DNA from: a virus
Lineage: Duplodnaviria > Heunggongvirae > Uroviricota > Caudoviricetes
Virus record (IMG/VR): IMGVR_UViG_3300037487_000968
Coordinates: 77,280-141,279 of that record
Length of the DNA stretch: 64,000 nt
Strand: one strand, 5' to 3'
Positions within the stretch are counted from its first letter, which is position 1; every line of letters begins with the position of its first letter. Positions 10,851 to 20,911 of this stretch are shown piece after piece. Both the position numbers and the translations under genes were made by a program. The notes beneath the pieces are model-generated. The model saw only the letters and a list, made by a program, of their open reading frames with translations. It did not search any database and had not been told where the DNA came from.

Positions 10851-12854
10851 CTATGCGTCTATAATATCCAATCTAGTATTAAATTTAAGTCTAAATGCAT
10901 CACTATCTGTTTCACACTTAAATATAATTGTCCCTGACACATCTACTCCATACAAACATATTGTAGAACCATAATCAAATTTCCAATTACTATTATGTAT
11001 ATTATCGCAACACCAATCTTCGATGGTTCGGAAAAGGATATAGGACTCAACTGTTTCTTTGTTACCTACTATATCCTGTAACCTTATATACACCATTAAT
11101 ACTTCTCTAGTCTAATTGGCAGTATTTACCTTTTATAGATTAAATTTAAGCTTAAAGGCTAAAGCATCTTCTCTTGTTTCAAAACGTATTGTACCAGGGT
11201 TTCTACTACAGGCACCATGGAACTGCCAGTTATTTCTACCTATAATTTCATTCAACCATGTTCTATATATGTTGTCATGTTTTAGAAATAGATTATATGC
11301 TTCATCGCATCTAACAAAGTATTCTTCAGCCATTACATCCACTTCAACTTAAAAGCAGTAGCATCTGCTTCAGATAGGAATACACCTGTTTTTTTATCAT
11401 TTATTAGACCCCAATCAGCCTTTGTATTTTGTTCTATCCATTCTTCAAGCCCATCGGGTATTTTATAATCACCATTAAGATTAAAACTTCCTTTATTAAC
11501 CGGCGGGAAAGCAACATAGATAATACCATCACTAAATTTTCTCATAGACATCATAGTTAAGTTCCTTGCTTTCGATTTAACATAATTAAAATCACTTAAG
11601 ACCATATGTGGAGTTGTTTCTAATTCGCCATGCCTATTTTTTATATAGGTAACAGTATAGTCACTTTCTAACCATGCTCTATCAGCAATATTCATAGTAT
11701 AGTTATGGTATCTAATCCCCGGGTTCGAGCCCGAACTAATACTGCCACTACACTTAAGATTAGTTTCTACCCAATACCTATAACCCCATTCGTGGTCATT
11801 ATGCAATTCATAATATATGTTATACATTTATGGTCCAAACTTTAACCTAAAAAATATTGCGTCCTCTTCGTTCTCGAATTCTATCGCCCATTCCGACCAG
11901 AGATTCTCTACCAAAATTATTTTAGCACCGTATTGCTTAATCCAGTCCTCATAAGAAGGTACATCTCCTGCTATATCAAAAATATGCTTCCTATAAAAGT
12001 CGGAGCCATTATAACCGTCGCTATATAGTTTTCGTATCATAATCCATACTTTAATCTAAACGCTGTAGCATCCTCACGCCTAACAAATGTTACGCCAAAC
12101 GCAGACTTACTATATCTGTTACTCTTCATTCTAAATGCTGCATTGCCACGCTTAGTTTTCGGCAACGCTGCCAACCAACGAGACTGTTCTATCAATAGTT
12201 CAACATTCAACCCTGCTACGGAATCTAGTATGTCAGTATTCTTATCAAAGATATAAATTGTTTTCATAATCCAAACTTTAATTTAACTATTACGGCTTGT
12301 TCGGAATCTAAAGTTATTCCACACAGGTATGTTGACCTAGATGTAGAAACACCCCACGCAGCATAATTTCGAAATACTTCATCTACATTCTCAAGTACCC
12401 AGTCTTCTAACTCTTTATTCTTAAGACGTTGATTATTGTATCGCTCCATACCAGCAAAACTAATATAACTCATAATTGAAACCTTAACTTGAAAGCTGTG
12501 GCATCTTCACTATCATTGAAGTAAAACGAACACGGATACCACTGAAACCACCAACTACTTTCACCTATATTATTATAACACCATTCTCTGTATATAATTA
12601 CCATATTAACATTGAGTTGACCTATATCAATATTAATCCACATACTATAATCCAAACTTCAACTTGAACACTATAGCAACATCCTCGTCTTGAATGTAGA
12701 CACCTTGTCCCACCACGTCTCCACGTCTCCACTTCCAACCCACATCCTCGGGACCCGCATGAAGTTCTAACCAATCCCGATATTCTTTAAATTCGTTATG
12801 TTCGTCGGTCCAATGTGAAAAGACATGGCGTTCAGCAATATTCACATATATCAT
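10851..12854 (-). repeat. Tandem array of 8 paralogous small genes with C-terminal (E)DA.AF(K/R)L(K/R)(F/W/Y) motif: 10851-11096, 11133-11333, 11333-11827, 11828-12040, 12037-12267, 12264-12473, 12470-12655, 12645-12854
   Basis: C-termini DSDAFRLKF, EDALAFKLKFNL, ADATAFKLKWM, EDAIFFRLKFGP, EDATAFRLKYGL, AVIVKLKFGL, EDATAFKLRFQL, DVAIVFKLKFGL. Confidence 0.85.
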
Positions 12855-13808
12855 ATATCATTGTAAGCTTGAAGTTAGAAACATAGAGTCATTATAACAT
12901 AGAAAATTTAGAAAGGTCTATAGTGTTGGGCAGAAAAATTTGTGTAAAAATTTTTAAGGTGGGAGAAATCGACCGACCAAGATAAAAAGGTGGCCCTATA
13001 TAGATAGGCGAAAAAGTATAGGGCGTGCTTGCCCGAGGCTTTCAAATTGCTCATCTTCTCGCAGTATATACGCTGACCGCGCTGCAAACTGCGAGACTAT
13101 GCAAATGCTGTAAAAACTGTAGCCTCGCACTGTACAGCACGCAACTAAATTGCGTACGAGGCAACGTGCTGCACGTTAGCACACGCTAACATACAGTCTC
13201 GCTGCTACTATGCACGCTACATGCATAGTAGCACGGGGGTGCTGTGTTACAGTTGTTGTGCTGCGCTAAGTACGCTGCACAAGTCGTTTTGTGTACACTG
13301 CTTGCAGTAATTGTTAACTGTGAGACAACTGTTTGCGCTGCGTTGCATAAACTGTACATCCTTGCGAGGGTTGTACTGCTGTGCGCTTGCAAGTGTAATG
13401 CGCTGCACTTGCGCTGCTATTGTGCGCTGTTTGCTGCGTGTGTACTGTGTAGTAGTTTGTGCGTGCATAGTGTGCTTTACTAGTTAGTTGCTGCATAATG
13501 TTGTGCAGTGCTTGTATTATAGCGCACTTTTTATGTTTCGTGTGTTGTATTTGTGCAACAATGCAAAAATAAGTTACGCACTGGAATCGTGCGTAACTTA
13601 GGCTTAACCTGTACGACAGTGCCGAGACAGCACAAACCTATCAAATTGGGCTGTCTCGCGTTTAGCCTATACTGGGCCCAACCGTGGCCGAGACCACTGT
13701 ATGTGCGTAGGTGGCTACACTGGGTGCTATACAGTGTACCAAGTATAACACACCCTGCACCCAGTGTCTACCCATACCCCTATGGGGTGTATGGGTATGG
13801 GTGGCCCC

Positions 13809-14093
13809 CTATGCCTCCACCTTGTCCCAGCCGTAGGGCTCGTACTCAACCTTCTGGCCCATTGCTTCGAGGTCCGCCTTAGCTTGGTTGAGCATGGCTG
13901 ACTTGGTGCGAAGCTTGGCCCCTCGGAGTTCGCCATCGCATGTCAAGCACTCCGGGCTAAGGCAAGTGAGCAGGCGATCAGCCAGGTTCTTCTTGTCCTC
14001 GGCTGTAAGGGCTTTAATGTCAAACACAGGAGCAGAGGGTTCCCAAAACTTTGCCATACGGTTCTCCTGCTCAATGAACTTCTTAAGTGACAT
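13809..14093 (-). CDS. Hypothetical protein (start corrected, MSLKKF)
   Basis: Follows cassette promoter and leader. Confidence 0.7.
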   Translation of the reverse strand: MSLKKFIEQENRMAKFWEPSAPVFDIKALTAEDKKNLADRLLTCLSPECLTCDGELRGAKLRTKSAMLNQAKADLEAMGQKVEYEPYGWDKVEA

Positions 14094-14149
14094 AACTAAC
14101 TCCTTTGTGTGTTGCGATGTGTTTATTATAGCGTAAAGGAACTGTGCTG

Positions 14150-14302
14150 TCAACTGTTTTTAATGTAAAGTTGATAGTCCTCTGTGGAGATGTAGGGACC
14201 AATGAAGCTACCCGCGAGGTTGTACCATGTGAGTGTTACTCTCACATTCAGCATAACTTGCTTATGCTCTGCGGGTGTGAGGAGGATTTGATTTGCTTCC
14301 AT
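14150..14302 (-). CDS. Leaderless 50-aa hypothetical protein
   Basis: TTGACA-17-TATACT-5nt-ATG; its TGA lies inside the next TTGACA. Confidence 0.55.
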   Translation of the reverse strand: MEANQILLTPAEHKQVMLNVRVTLTWYNLAGSFIGPYISTEDYQLYIKNS

Positions 14303-14342
14303 ACTGTAGTATAATACAGTTGGAAGCAGTTGTCAACTGTTA

Positions 14343-14759
14343 TTACCTGACCATGCAGCCAGTAAATACATAAGTCTCGACATAACGCCCTGACTGGTCC
14401 TGATAGTAACTGCGAGAGTAAGTTGCGTCTGTGCCTTGCGGGCAGACAGGCTGCTGCTGTGGGGGTGTTGCGGGCACTACAACGACTGTAGCTGGCTCGC
14501 TAGGGCGTGTCGCACCGTAGACTATTGCCCCAGTGATTAGTGCTGGCACGAACCAACCTAAGCCTGGGCCGCCTCTGTAGCCGCCGTTGTCATGTCTGTA
14601 GTTAGCGGCAGGCCAGTGTCCTGGGCCGCCTCTGTAGCCGCCGTTGTCATGTCTGTAGTTAGCGGCAGGCCAGTGTCCTGGGCGGTACTGCTGATTGTGC
14701 TGAGCGTGTGCGCTTACTAGGGCAAGGCCTAGTATAATTGCTGTTAGAAACTTTTTCAT
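14343..14759 (-). CDS. Secreted Gly/Pro-rich protein with a duplicated 19-aa repeat
   Basis: Signal peptide MKKFLTAIILGLALVSAHA; PGHWPAANYRHDNGGYRGG x2; TM-like segment. Confidence 0.75.
   Translation of the reverse strand: MKKFLTAIILGLALVSAHAQHNQQYRPGHWPAANYRHDNGGYRGGPGHWPAANYRHDNGGYRGGPGLGWFVPALITGAIVYGATRPSEPATVVVVPATPPQQQPVCPQGTDATYSRSYYQDQSGRYVETYVFTGCMVR
14563..14682. repeat. 57-bp intragenic tandem repeat (2 copies plus partial)
   Basis: Identical units starting at 14563 and 14620. Confidence 0.9.
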
Positions 14760-14818
14760 TTGGTACTCCTGTGTGCTATGTATTTATTATAACAGAAAGA
14801 AGAGCTGCTGTCAAGTAG

Positions 14819-14986
14819 TTACAATGCAAAAGTAACTACCTCGTCACTGGGCAGTTTAATGTCTGCAGTTGCCTGCAAGAGCATAGACTTGTAGCGGTAC
14901 ATAAACACTTTGTTGCTGTTTGCCTCTGCAAGCGGAACAAAGACGCCATTAACTAAGTAGAGGCTGTTGCGTTTTAGTGTGTACAT
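14819..14986 (-). CDS. Hypothetical protein (55 aa, MYTLKRNS)
   Basis: Manual ORF after cassette leader. Confidence 0.55.
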   Translation of the reverse strand: MYTLKRNSLYLVNGVFVPLAEANSNKVFMYRYKSMLLQATADIKLPSDEVVTFAL

Positions 14987-15241
14987 GCTTGTTCCTTTGT
15001 GCTATGTGTTTATTATAGCACAAAGTGAAACTAAACGCAAGCTTTATTTACATTGTTACATCTTGTTACATCTTAGCAGCCGCGCATAGGCAGTGTCAGG
15101 TCTTAAGTTTGTGCATGAGGCTTTGTGCCGCCCATCATCTATTACGCAGAACCTCGGGATCTTAAGTATACCTTGTTTAGGTAAAACGCATAATTGCGAG
15201 ACTTTAGCAATTGTGCTGATCTCTTTGGCATTTGTTTAGAA

Positions 15242-15488
15242 CCTCGGAGTTATGCATTTTAACCTTAACTGACCTGCAGTAGGACTGCGAGGCTCTATGT
15301 AAAAAGACTTGACTTGGCAGGCGATTTTTTGTATAATAAGGCATAGGAGGGAGAGCTCTGACCTCAAAACTTTTGGCCTCGGAAAAAGTTTGGCACTAAG
15401 CTTAGATTGTGTAGAGGCTTTGCACGCTAATGCCTATGTCTTTGCTGAGCCTCGGAGTTATGCATTTTAACCTTAACTGACCTGCAGT
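15242..15488. repeat. 39-bp perfect direct repeat (15242-15280, 15450-15488)
   Basis: cctcggagttatgcattttaaccttaactgacctgcagt x2. Confidence 0.9.
15309..15360 (+). promoter_or_regulatory. Orphan sigma70 promoter, no downstream ORF
   Basis: TTGACT-17-TATAAT then GGAGGGAGAGCTCTGAC. Confidence 0.65.
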
Positions 15489-15561
15489 GGGTTTGCGAGG
15501 CTTTGCTGTTAATGTCTTTTAAGATCTGTTTTATAAGACGTTTTGCACGCAGCCTCGGATG

Positions 15562-15756
15562 TTTGTGTTTGATCAGTGCACAGAATCTACTAAGTGCGAG
15601 GTTCTGGCATTTTAGGGCTTGTAAGTTGTTGATTTATAAGGCTTTTTTTAACTAAAACAAATAAGTTTTTGTTTTTGTAGATTCTTAAAATTTAGTCTTT
15701 TACTGATCTCTAAGAGCCTCGGAGTTTATAGATTCTGTGCACTGATCAAACACAAA
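15562..15756. repeat. 28-bp perfect inverted repeat (15562-15589 / 15729-15756)
   Basis: tttgtgtttgatcagtgcacagaatcta and its reverse complement, each flanked by GCCTCG. Confidence 0.9.
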
Positions 15757-15779
15757 AACGCGAGGCACAGCAAAAGTTA

Positions 15780-15845
15780 TTGACAAGACCTGCGATCTGC
15801 CTTATAATTTTTACATAGCACCATTTGGAGGGGAAGCTCTGACTT
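15780..15845 (+). promoter_or_regulatory. Second orphan sigma70 promoter
   Basis: TTGACA-17-TATAAT then GGAGGGGAAGCTCTGAC, similar to the 15309 transcript start. Confidence 0.65.
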
Positions 15846-16105
15846 GTTCCCAAAAATCGTCTCGGCCGGCACGCGCTTGCACAAGAGCAATGTGTGCGAG
15901 ACTGCACGCAAACATCTTAAAGACAGGCGGCTAACAGATTCTGTTATTGCTAGAGCCTCGGGTAGGCAAGTGCAGGTTGATAAAACCTAAACCGAGGCTC
16001 TGCTTAGGTCTGTGTTTGATCTATAGATCTTAGACGACAATTAAGACGTAGTCTCGGGCTTTAGCACGCAACTACCTTTAGTGTGCGAGAGTTTGTGGCC
16101 ACAAT

Positions 16106-16128
16106 AAAAGGGGCCTAAGCCCCTTTTT
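16106..16128. terminator. Bidirectional intrinsic terminator
   Basis: AAAAGGGGC-CTAA-GCCCCTTTTT. Confidence 0.8.
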
Positions 16129-16142
16129 GCCCCTGCCGGGCC

Positions 16143-19135
16143 CTAGTCGTTGATGATGAGCAGCCCGTGCCCCGCGAGTGCAGGGTTGATGCTAAGGCTG
16201 TTGCCCGTCGGGGCATAGCGCCAGCCCATGATGTCTTCCCCTGAGATATCTTTGTCGGCGTGCGTAAAGACAAAGGCGTAGCCGTCGACAGTGACGTATT
16301 GCCCAGGGCTACTGATCCTCAGGTCGCTCGCTTCAGCAACATAGGTTTTAGTTGCCAGGTTGTAGCTAAACTGCGATTCTTTGAAGTTCATTTGCTGCGC
16401 TCCTTGTTGCGATATGCTATTATAGCGCAACTGGAGCGATGTGTCAATAGTTAAAACTCACCCTCGTACGGATCAGGAGACGCCTTGAGCCCAGGTGCGA
16501 GACACTCACATGCCTGCTCGCACACCCGCAGCAGTCGTGCTCATGTCTGCAATTGCTACCGCCCAGTGTGTCTCGCAGCGCCTGGATCAGCTGCTGCATG
16601 TTGACACCAGAGGGCGCCCTGGCGTACTGCACAAACGCCCCACCGTCGTCGTAGTCTTTAGGCGCCTCGGTTTGCCTTGCTGGTGTCATATTGACTGAGC
16701 CCAGGTACACATCCTTGTCCAGGTAACGCCAGCCATCGGCATAACCATGCGTTAGGCGTTTGAATGCGTAGACCTTTTCCATTGTTGACTCCTTGTTGCG
16801 ATGTATGTATTATAACGCAATTGGAAGTCTTTGTCAAGCTTCTGTAAGCTGTTTTAGGCTGCGCTTTGCCAGGAGGATGTTCTCCATAAAAGCAGAGCGG
16901 AGCAGGCTAGCTGCCTCGTTGCGAGTATGGCCGTTGTTTAGGAGTTGCTTCAAGAAGGGAGTGCCCAGGATGGCAACCTCTGCTTGCATCAGCGGCGTAG
17001 GAGGTTTTCCTTTGAGGTGCGCTACCGCTGTGCTAAACTGCATCAGGATGAAAGCGTCTGTGTCTTGTAAGTGTTGTGCCATTTGCTGCTCCTATGTTGC
17101 TATGTATTTATTATAGCACCATAGGAAGCTGCTGTCAATAGCTATAGGAATATTGTTGTACTTCAAAAACTTTGTCGAGCTTTTTTTGCACGTCTGGCTT
17201 AGTGACGCTGTAAGTCTCTGATGCGTTAGAGTGCTTAACGAGCGTTGCAACTGCGGCATCGATGCTTTGCTGCGTAAGCATTGACACAGGATTGAGTGTC
17301 TCGTAGTACGTTGCTGTTGCTTGCACAAGTTTGCTCTCGAAGCCTGCTAGTAAGATGTACTGCACTGCTGCCTGAGAGCCTTGCAATTTACGTGCAATAA
17401 TGCGTGTAAACAAAGTACCGTTTTTCATATTACTCCTTGTTGCGATGTGTTTATTATACTGCTAAGGAACGGTACTGTCAACAACTATTTTCATCTTTGC
17501 GTGTCAAACCTGTCTCGGTTTTTCCCGCAAGAACCTGCCGCAGGAAGGCGAGACAGGCACTACACTTAAAAATGTAAACCTAAATCCTCGCATAGACTTC
17601 TGAGTCTGACCGGGCAGTCTATCAGAGATCCTAGCACTGGCTCTCTATCTTGTCGCACAGGGCATTGAACTGTAGCCAGGTCAAAGGCTTGAAGTTGTTG
17701 TGTGAGCGGACATAGTGCGCTTGATAAGCATTGTAGCGTGGCATATTGACTCCCTGTAAAGATATTATCATAAGCATCTGCATTGCTGCAACGCTTATGG
17801 AAGTACCCTTCACATCGCTTTTCCATTGTTCAACCACCGGCCCCGAAATGCGATACAACTAACCGGAGAATAACAAACAATGTCTTGTTTGCTTTGCTAT
17901 GTGTTTATTATAACGTAGTTGGAGCCTGCTGTCAAGCCTGAACGTTCCAAGCCCGCGCCGTTTCAATCTTTCGCTTCAAGTTGATAGCGTCAATCGCAGC
18001 CTCTTTCAGGAGATGAAACGATTTGTCAGATACCTCGAGGTTGTCCATGTTGCGCTTCAACTCGGCGTAAACCAACTCTACCATGTTCTCGACAGTCTTG
18101 AGAGATTCGTTGTTCATGTATGTATTATAACAGGTTTGGGTATTATTGTCAAGCCAAAGCTATCATTAAATCAGCAGCCTCCGAGACTTTCATGTTGCTG
18201 TACTCGTCGCCGCATGTCTCTGCCAGTTTCAATGCCTTCGCAGGAACACGCATGCCGCACGCCTTCATAACCTTCAGTTCGGCCAGCAACTGTTTGACAA
18301 ACTCGCTCATTTAACGACTCCTTGTTGTTGAGTGTTTATTATAGCGCAATTGGAACAGTGCAGTCAAGCACTATTATGCGTAATTAACTTCCTCGCACTC
18401 GACCTTTACGTCTAGTTCCGGAAACTCTGCGAGTATTTCAGCCTTTTGTGCGTCTGCTAACGCTTGTGAGCTGTGCATGCCGCACATTTCCCACTGATTC
18501 TCGTCGTCGCCGAAGCCCAGGCCGTACACTATGTAAACTTTTTGCATTGCTGCTCCTTGTTGCGATGTATGTATTATAGCGCAAAGGAACAGTGCAGTCA
18601 AGCACTGTTACACTTAATACGCTTCTAATTCGTGTATGCAATAACGTGCGCCGAGCTGACGCAATGCAGCACGACAAGGTTCAGGCGAGATACTCCAAAA
18701 CGTGCTGTAGATCTCATCGCGTAAGTCTTGTGAGATCTCGTCTTCAAACAGTGCATAGATCTGATCAAAGCTGAGGCCTTTACAAGCATTTGCAAAGTCA
18801 CGCATACTGTGTATGTTACGTGCTACGACTGCAAGTGTTTTCTTCATACGCTACTCCTTTGTTGCTATGTGTTTATTATAGCAACAAAGAAAGCTGCTGT
18901 CAACAACTTTAGTCTACTAATAGTCGCCGTCTTCTGCTCTCTGTGCTAAAAACACAATGTCGTAGTTAGCACCCTTCGCTGCTACTAGCGTCTCTACTAG
19001 CGCACCCGCAATGTCATTGCTAACATCGTTGTCATCCTCGTACCAATCGCTGTCACTAGCATTTTCAACTGAGAACATAACATCGTCTGCTGCTTTGCGT
19101 AAAGCTGCTGCAAGTGCTTCATACTTTGCCTTCAT
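16143..19135 (-). other. Single-gene cassettes encoding hypothetical proteins: 16143-16391, 16444-16782, 16834-17082, 17135-17428, 17631-17744, 17932-18117, 18149-18310, 18374-18547, 18614-18847, 18917-19135
   Basis: Most have their own promoter and SD (17932-18117 is leaderless); starts corrected to the ATG after the leader. Confidence 0.7.
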
Positions 19136-19480
19136 ACGCTACTCCTTTGTTGCTATGTATGTATTATAGCGCAAAAGGAACTGTGTGTCAACAACTATTT
19201 AGAGCCTCGCAGGTCTTAATCTTAGACACATAAGAGCTCAAGCGAGGCTACGCCCTCCTCGGGTAAGGTTCAGAGGACCTTAGAATCTACTATGCGAGAA
19301 GGTTCAGATGTAACAAGATGTAACAGGCGAAAAAAGACTTGACAGGAACGCCCCAATCGCATACAATAACGACATGGACAGCAAACATCGCAACAAACAA
19401 AAATGCAAAAGCTTGCAAATAGTTGTTGACGAAGCTTGCATCCAGTGTTATAATATGTTTTTCAACACAAGGAGTTAGTA

Positions 19481-19984
19481 ATGGACAAAGGTATCCGCCC
19501 CGCTTGCAACGCAAAGTTCGCTGAACTGTTGCCCACACGTGCCGAAGTCGGCAACACGGCTTTCCGCAAGAACGTTATGTTCTACGTGATGGAAGAGTTC
19601 GGCATCACGCTTGCTAGTGCTGCAACGCACTACAATCACGCTTTCCAAGCTGTGAAGGCTGCTAACCCGGAACTTGTTGCAGGCTTGGGCCGTGCAGACG
19701 ACAAGAAGGGCGGCCGCAAGCCGAAGGCGACTGTTGTTGCTGAAGCTGTTGCTGTGCTGCTTGGCACGCCGGAAGGTGCTGCGCCCGAAGCTGCTACGCT
19801 GCTTTCGGAAGGCGTCAAGGAGAACACGTCGACGCTGACGGTTACAGTTAACCCGGCAGCGACGTTTACCGTCCGCAAGAAGTCCGACGGCACTGTTGTT
19901 GCCGAAGGGCTGTCGCAGGAAGCTGCTGACACGCTGGTTGCAAAGGCCAAGGCTGCAAAGAAAGCGGCACTGGAAATTGCTTAA
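19481..19984 (+). CDS. Putative DNA-binding protein, 'SAATHYN' family copy 1
   Basis: FRK.VM...GITLASAATHYN...GLGR.DDKKGGRKPK; own promoter and terminator; only credible + strand gene in the region. Confidence 0.75.
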   Translation: MDKGIRPACNAKFAELLPTRAEVGNTAFRKNVMFYVMEEFGITLASAATHYNHAFQAVKAANPELVAGLGRADDKKGGRKPKATVVAEAVAVLLGTPEGAAPEAATLLSEGVKENTSTLTVTVNPAATFTVRKKSDGTVVAEGLSQEAADTLVAKAKAAKKAALEIA

Positions 19985-19989
19985 GGGGT

Positions 19990-20014
19990 TAGGGGCTACG
20001 GCCCCTACTCTTTT
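19990..20014 (+). terminator. Intrinsic terminator
   Basis: TAGGGGC-TACG-GCCCCTA-CTCTTTT. Confidence 0.75.
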
Positions 20015-20073
20015 GGCCGCGCATAGGCAGTGTCAGGTCGTAGACCGAACCACCCGAGGATGCTACAAACGGT

Positions 20074-20207
20074 TCTCGGATAGGCAGTGTCAGACCAATA
20101 TTAGCTAGTGCGAGGAGGGGCATGGCAGGGTCTCGGATAGGCAGTGTCAGACCAATATTAGCTAGTGCGAGGAGGGGCATGGCAGGGTCTCGGATAGGCA
20201 GTGTCAG
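20074..20207. repeat. 57-bp non-coding tandem repeat (about 2.3 copies)
   Basis: Units start at 20074, 20131 and 20188 (tctcggataggcagtgtcag...). Confidence 0.9.
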
Positions 20208-20271
20208 GACGTGGGCCGTAGCTGCAAGGGTCTGCACAACTTGCATAGCTTAGTTAAAGTCAAAAGATAAG

Positions 20272-20460
20272 CTAGGTAGGACATTTTAGTTTCCTACCTA
20301 GCTTTCCTAACCACTCATCCGGTTCGTAGTGACCTTGATAGAGTTGTATATCAAACTGAATATACCCGGACCGTGCGCGAATTGTGTGTAGTGATCTAAC
20401 CCAGATCCCATCGTTGCCGGGGTCATCAGTGTGCGGCATATACATGTAGTGATCCGTCAT
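20272..20460 (-). CDS. Hypothetical protein
   Basis: GGGG SD-like sequence before ATG. Confidence 0.45.
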   Translation of the reverse strand: MTDHYMYMPHTDDPGNDGIWVRSLHTIRARSGYIQFDIQLYQGHYEPDEWLGKLGRKLKCPT

Positions 20461-20592
20461 GGTCCCCGTATGTCGGGACTTCGAAACCCGAAATTCGTTG
20501 CAAAAATTGAGACTATAGCCCCTACCGGTAACGCGGTGATCTAGCTATTGCTGCGTGAGCCTGATTCTCGCAAATCAGGAGTCTCTAAACTT

Positions 20593-20678
20593 TGGTGGAG
20601 ATGGATGGATTTGAACCACCGTGCTTTTTAGGGGCCAGATTTACAGTCTGGTGCAATCAACCGCTCTGCCACATCTCC
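20593..20678 (-). tRNA. tRNA-Tyr (GTA)
   Basis: GGAGATG acceptor, CCAGA-CTGTAAA-TCTGG anticodon arm, long variable arm, GGTTCAAATCC, encoded CCA. Confidence 0.93.
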
Positions 20679-20682
20679 AAAA

Positions 20683-20788
20683 TCATATCTAAACGCACTC
20701 GCATCTCCCTTTGGGGGCGCGTGTTCACCAACTTTTTATCCTGCGTCCAGGAAGTTGTGTGCCCATTTACACCAGCGTTTAGATATGA
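20683..20788 (-). ncRNA. Candidate cloverleaf-like structured RNA closed by a 14-bp stem
   Basis: TCATATCTAAACGC / GCGTTTAGATATGA enclosing three hairpins. Confidence 0.5.
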
Positions 20789-20911
20789 CCCCATGCGTCG
20801 GGACTTCTTACAGACAGGATATACAATACTAATCTCGTAACTAGCGCAGACATTACTTATGTAGTTGCTAGATTAAGATTAGCCTTTTTTTGGCTAATTT
20901 AAGCAGCTACT

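Larger units (their letters stand above)
12900..16100. other. Largely non-coding island rich in (C/T)CTCG(G/C) and GCATAG motifs, with direct and inverted repeats
   Basis: Only four short credible genes in 3.2 kb; about 30 CCTCGG/CCTCGC/TCTCG-type sites by eye. Confidence 0.7.

Noticed and set aside
11715-11740. GGGTTCGAGCCC T-loop-like sequence (similar at 34201)
   Set aside because: It lies inside a coding frame with no acceptor or D arm.
13186-13936. Overlapping ORFs of 60-109 aa on both strands
   Set aside because: Low-complexity TGC/GCA-rich DNA with no SD or promoter; Cys/Gln-biased translations; treated as non-coding.
20074-20207. Possible CRISPR mini-array
   Set aside because: The units are fully identical 57-mers with no unique spacers, so this is a plain tandem repeat.
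20458-20500. CGGG-TTTCGAAGT-CCCG...ACCA as a second tRNA
   Set aside because: There is no complementary 5' acceptor strand; the ACCA overlaps the ATG context of the 20272-20460 ORF.
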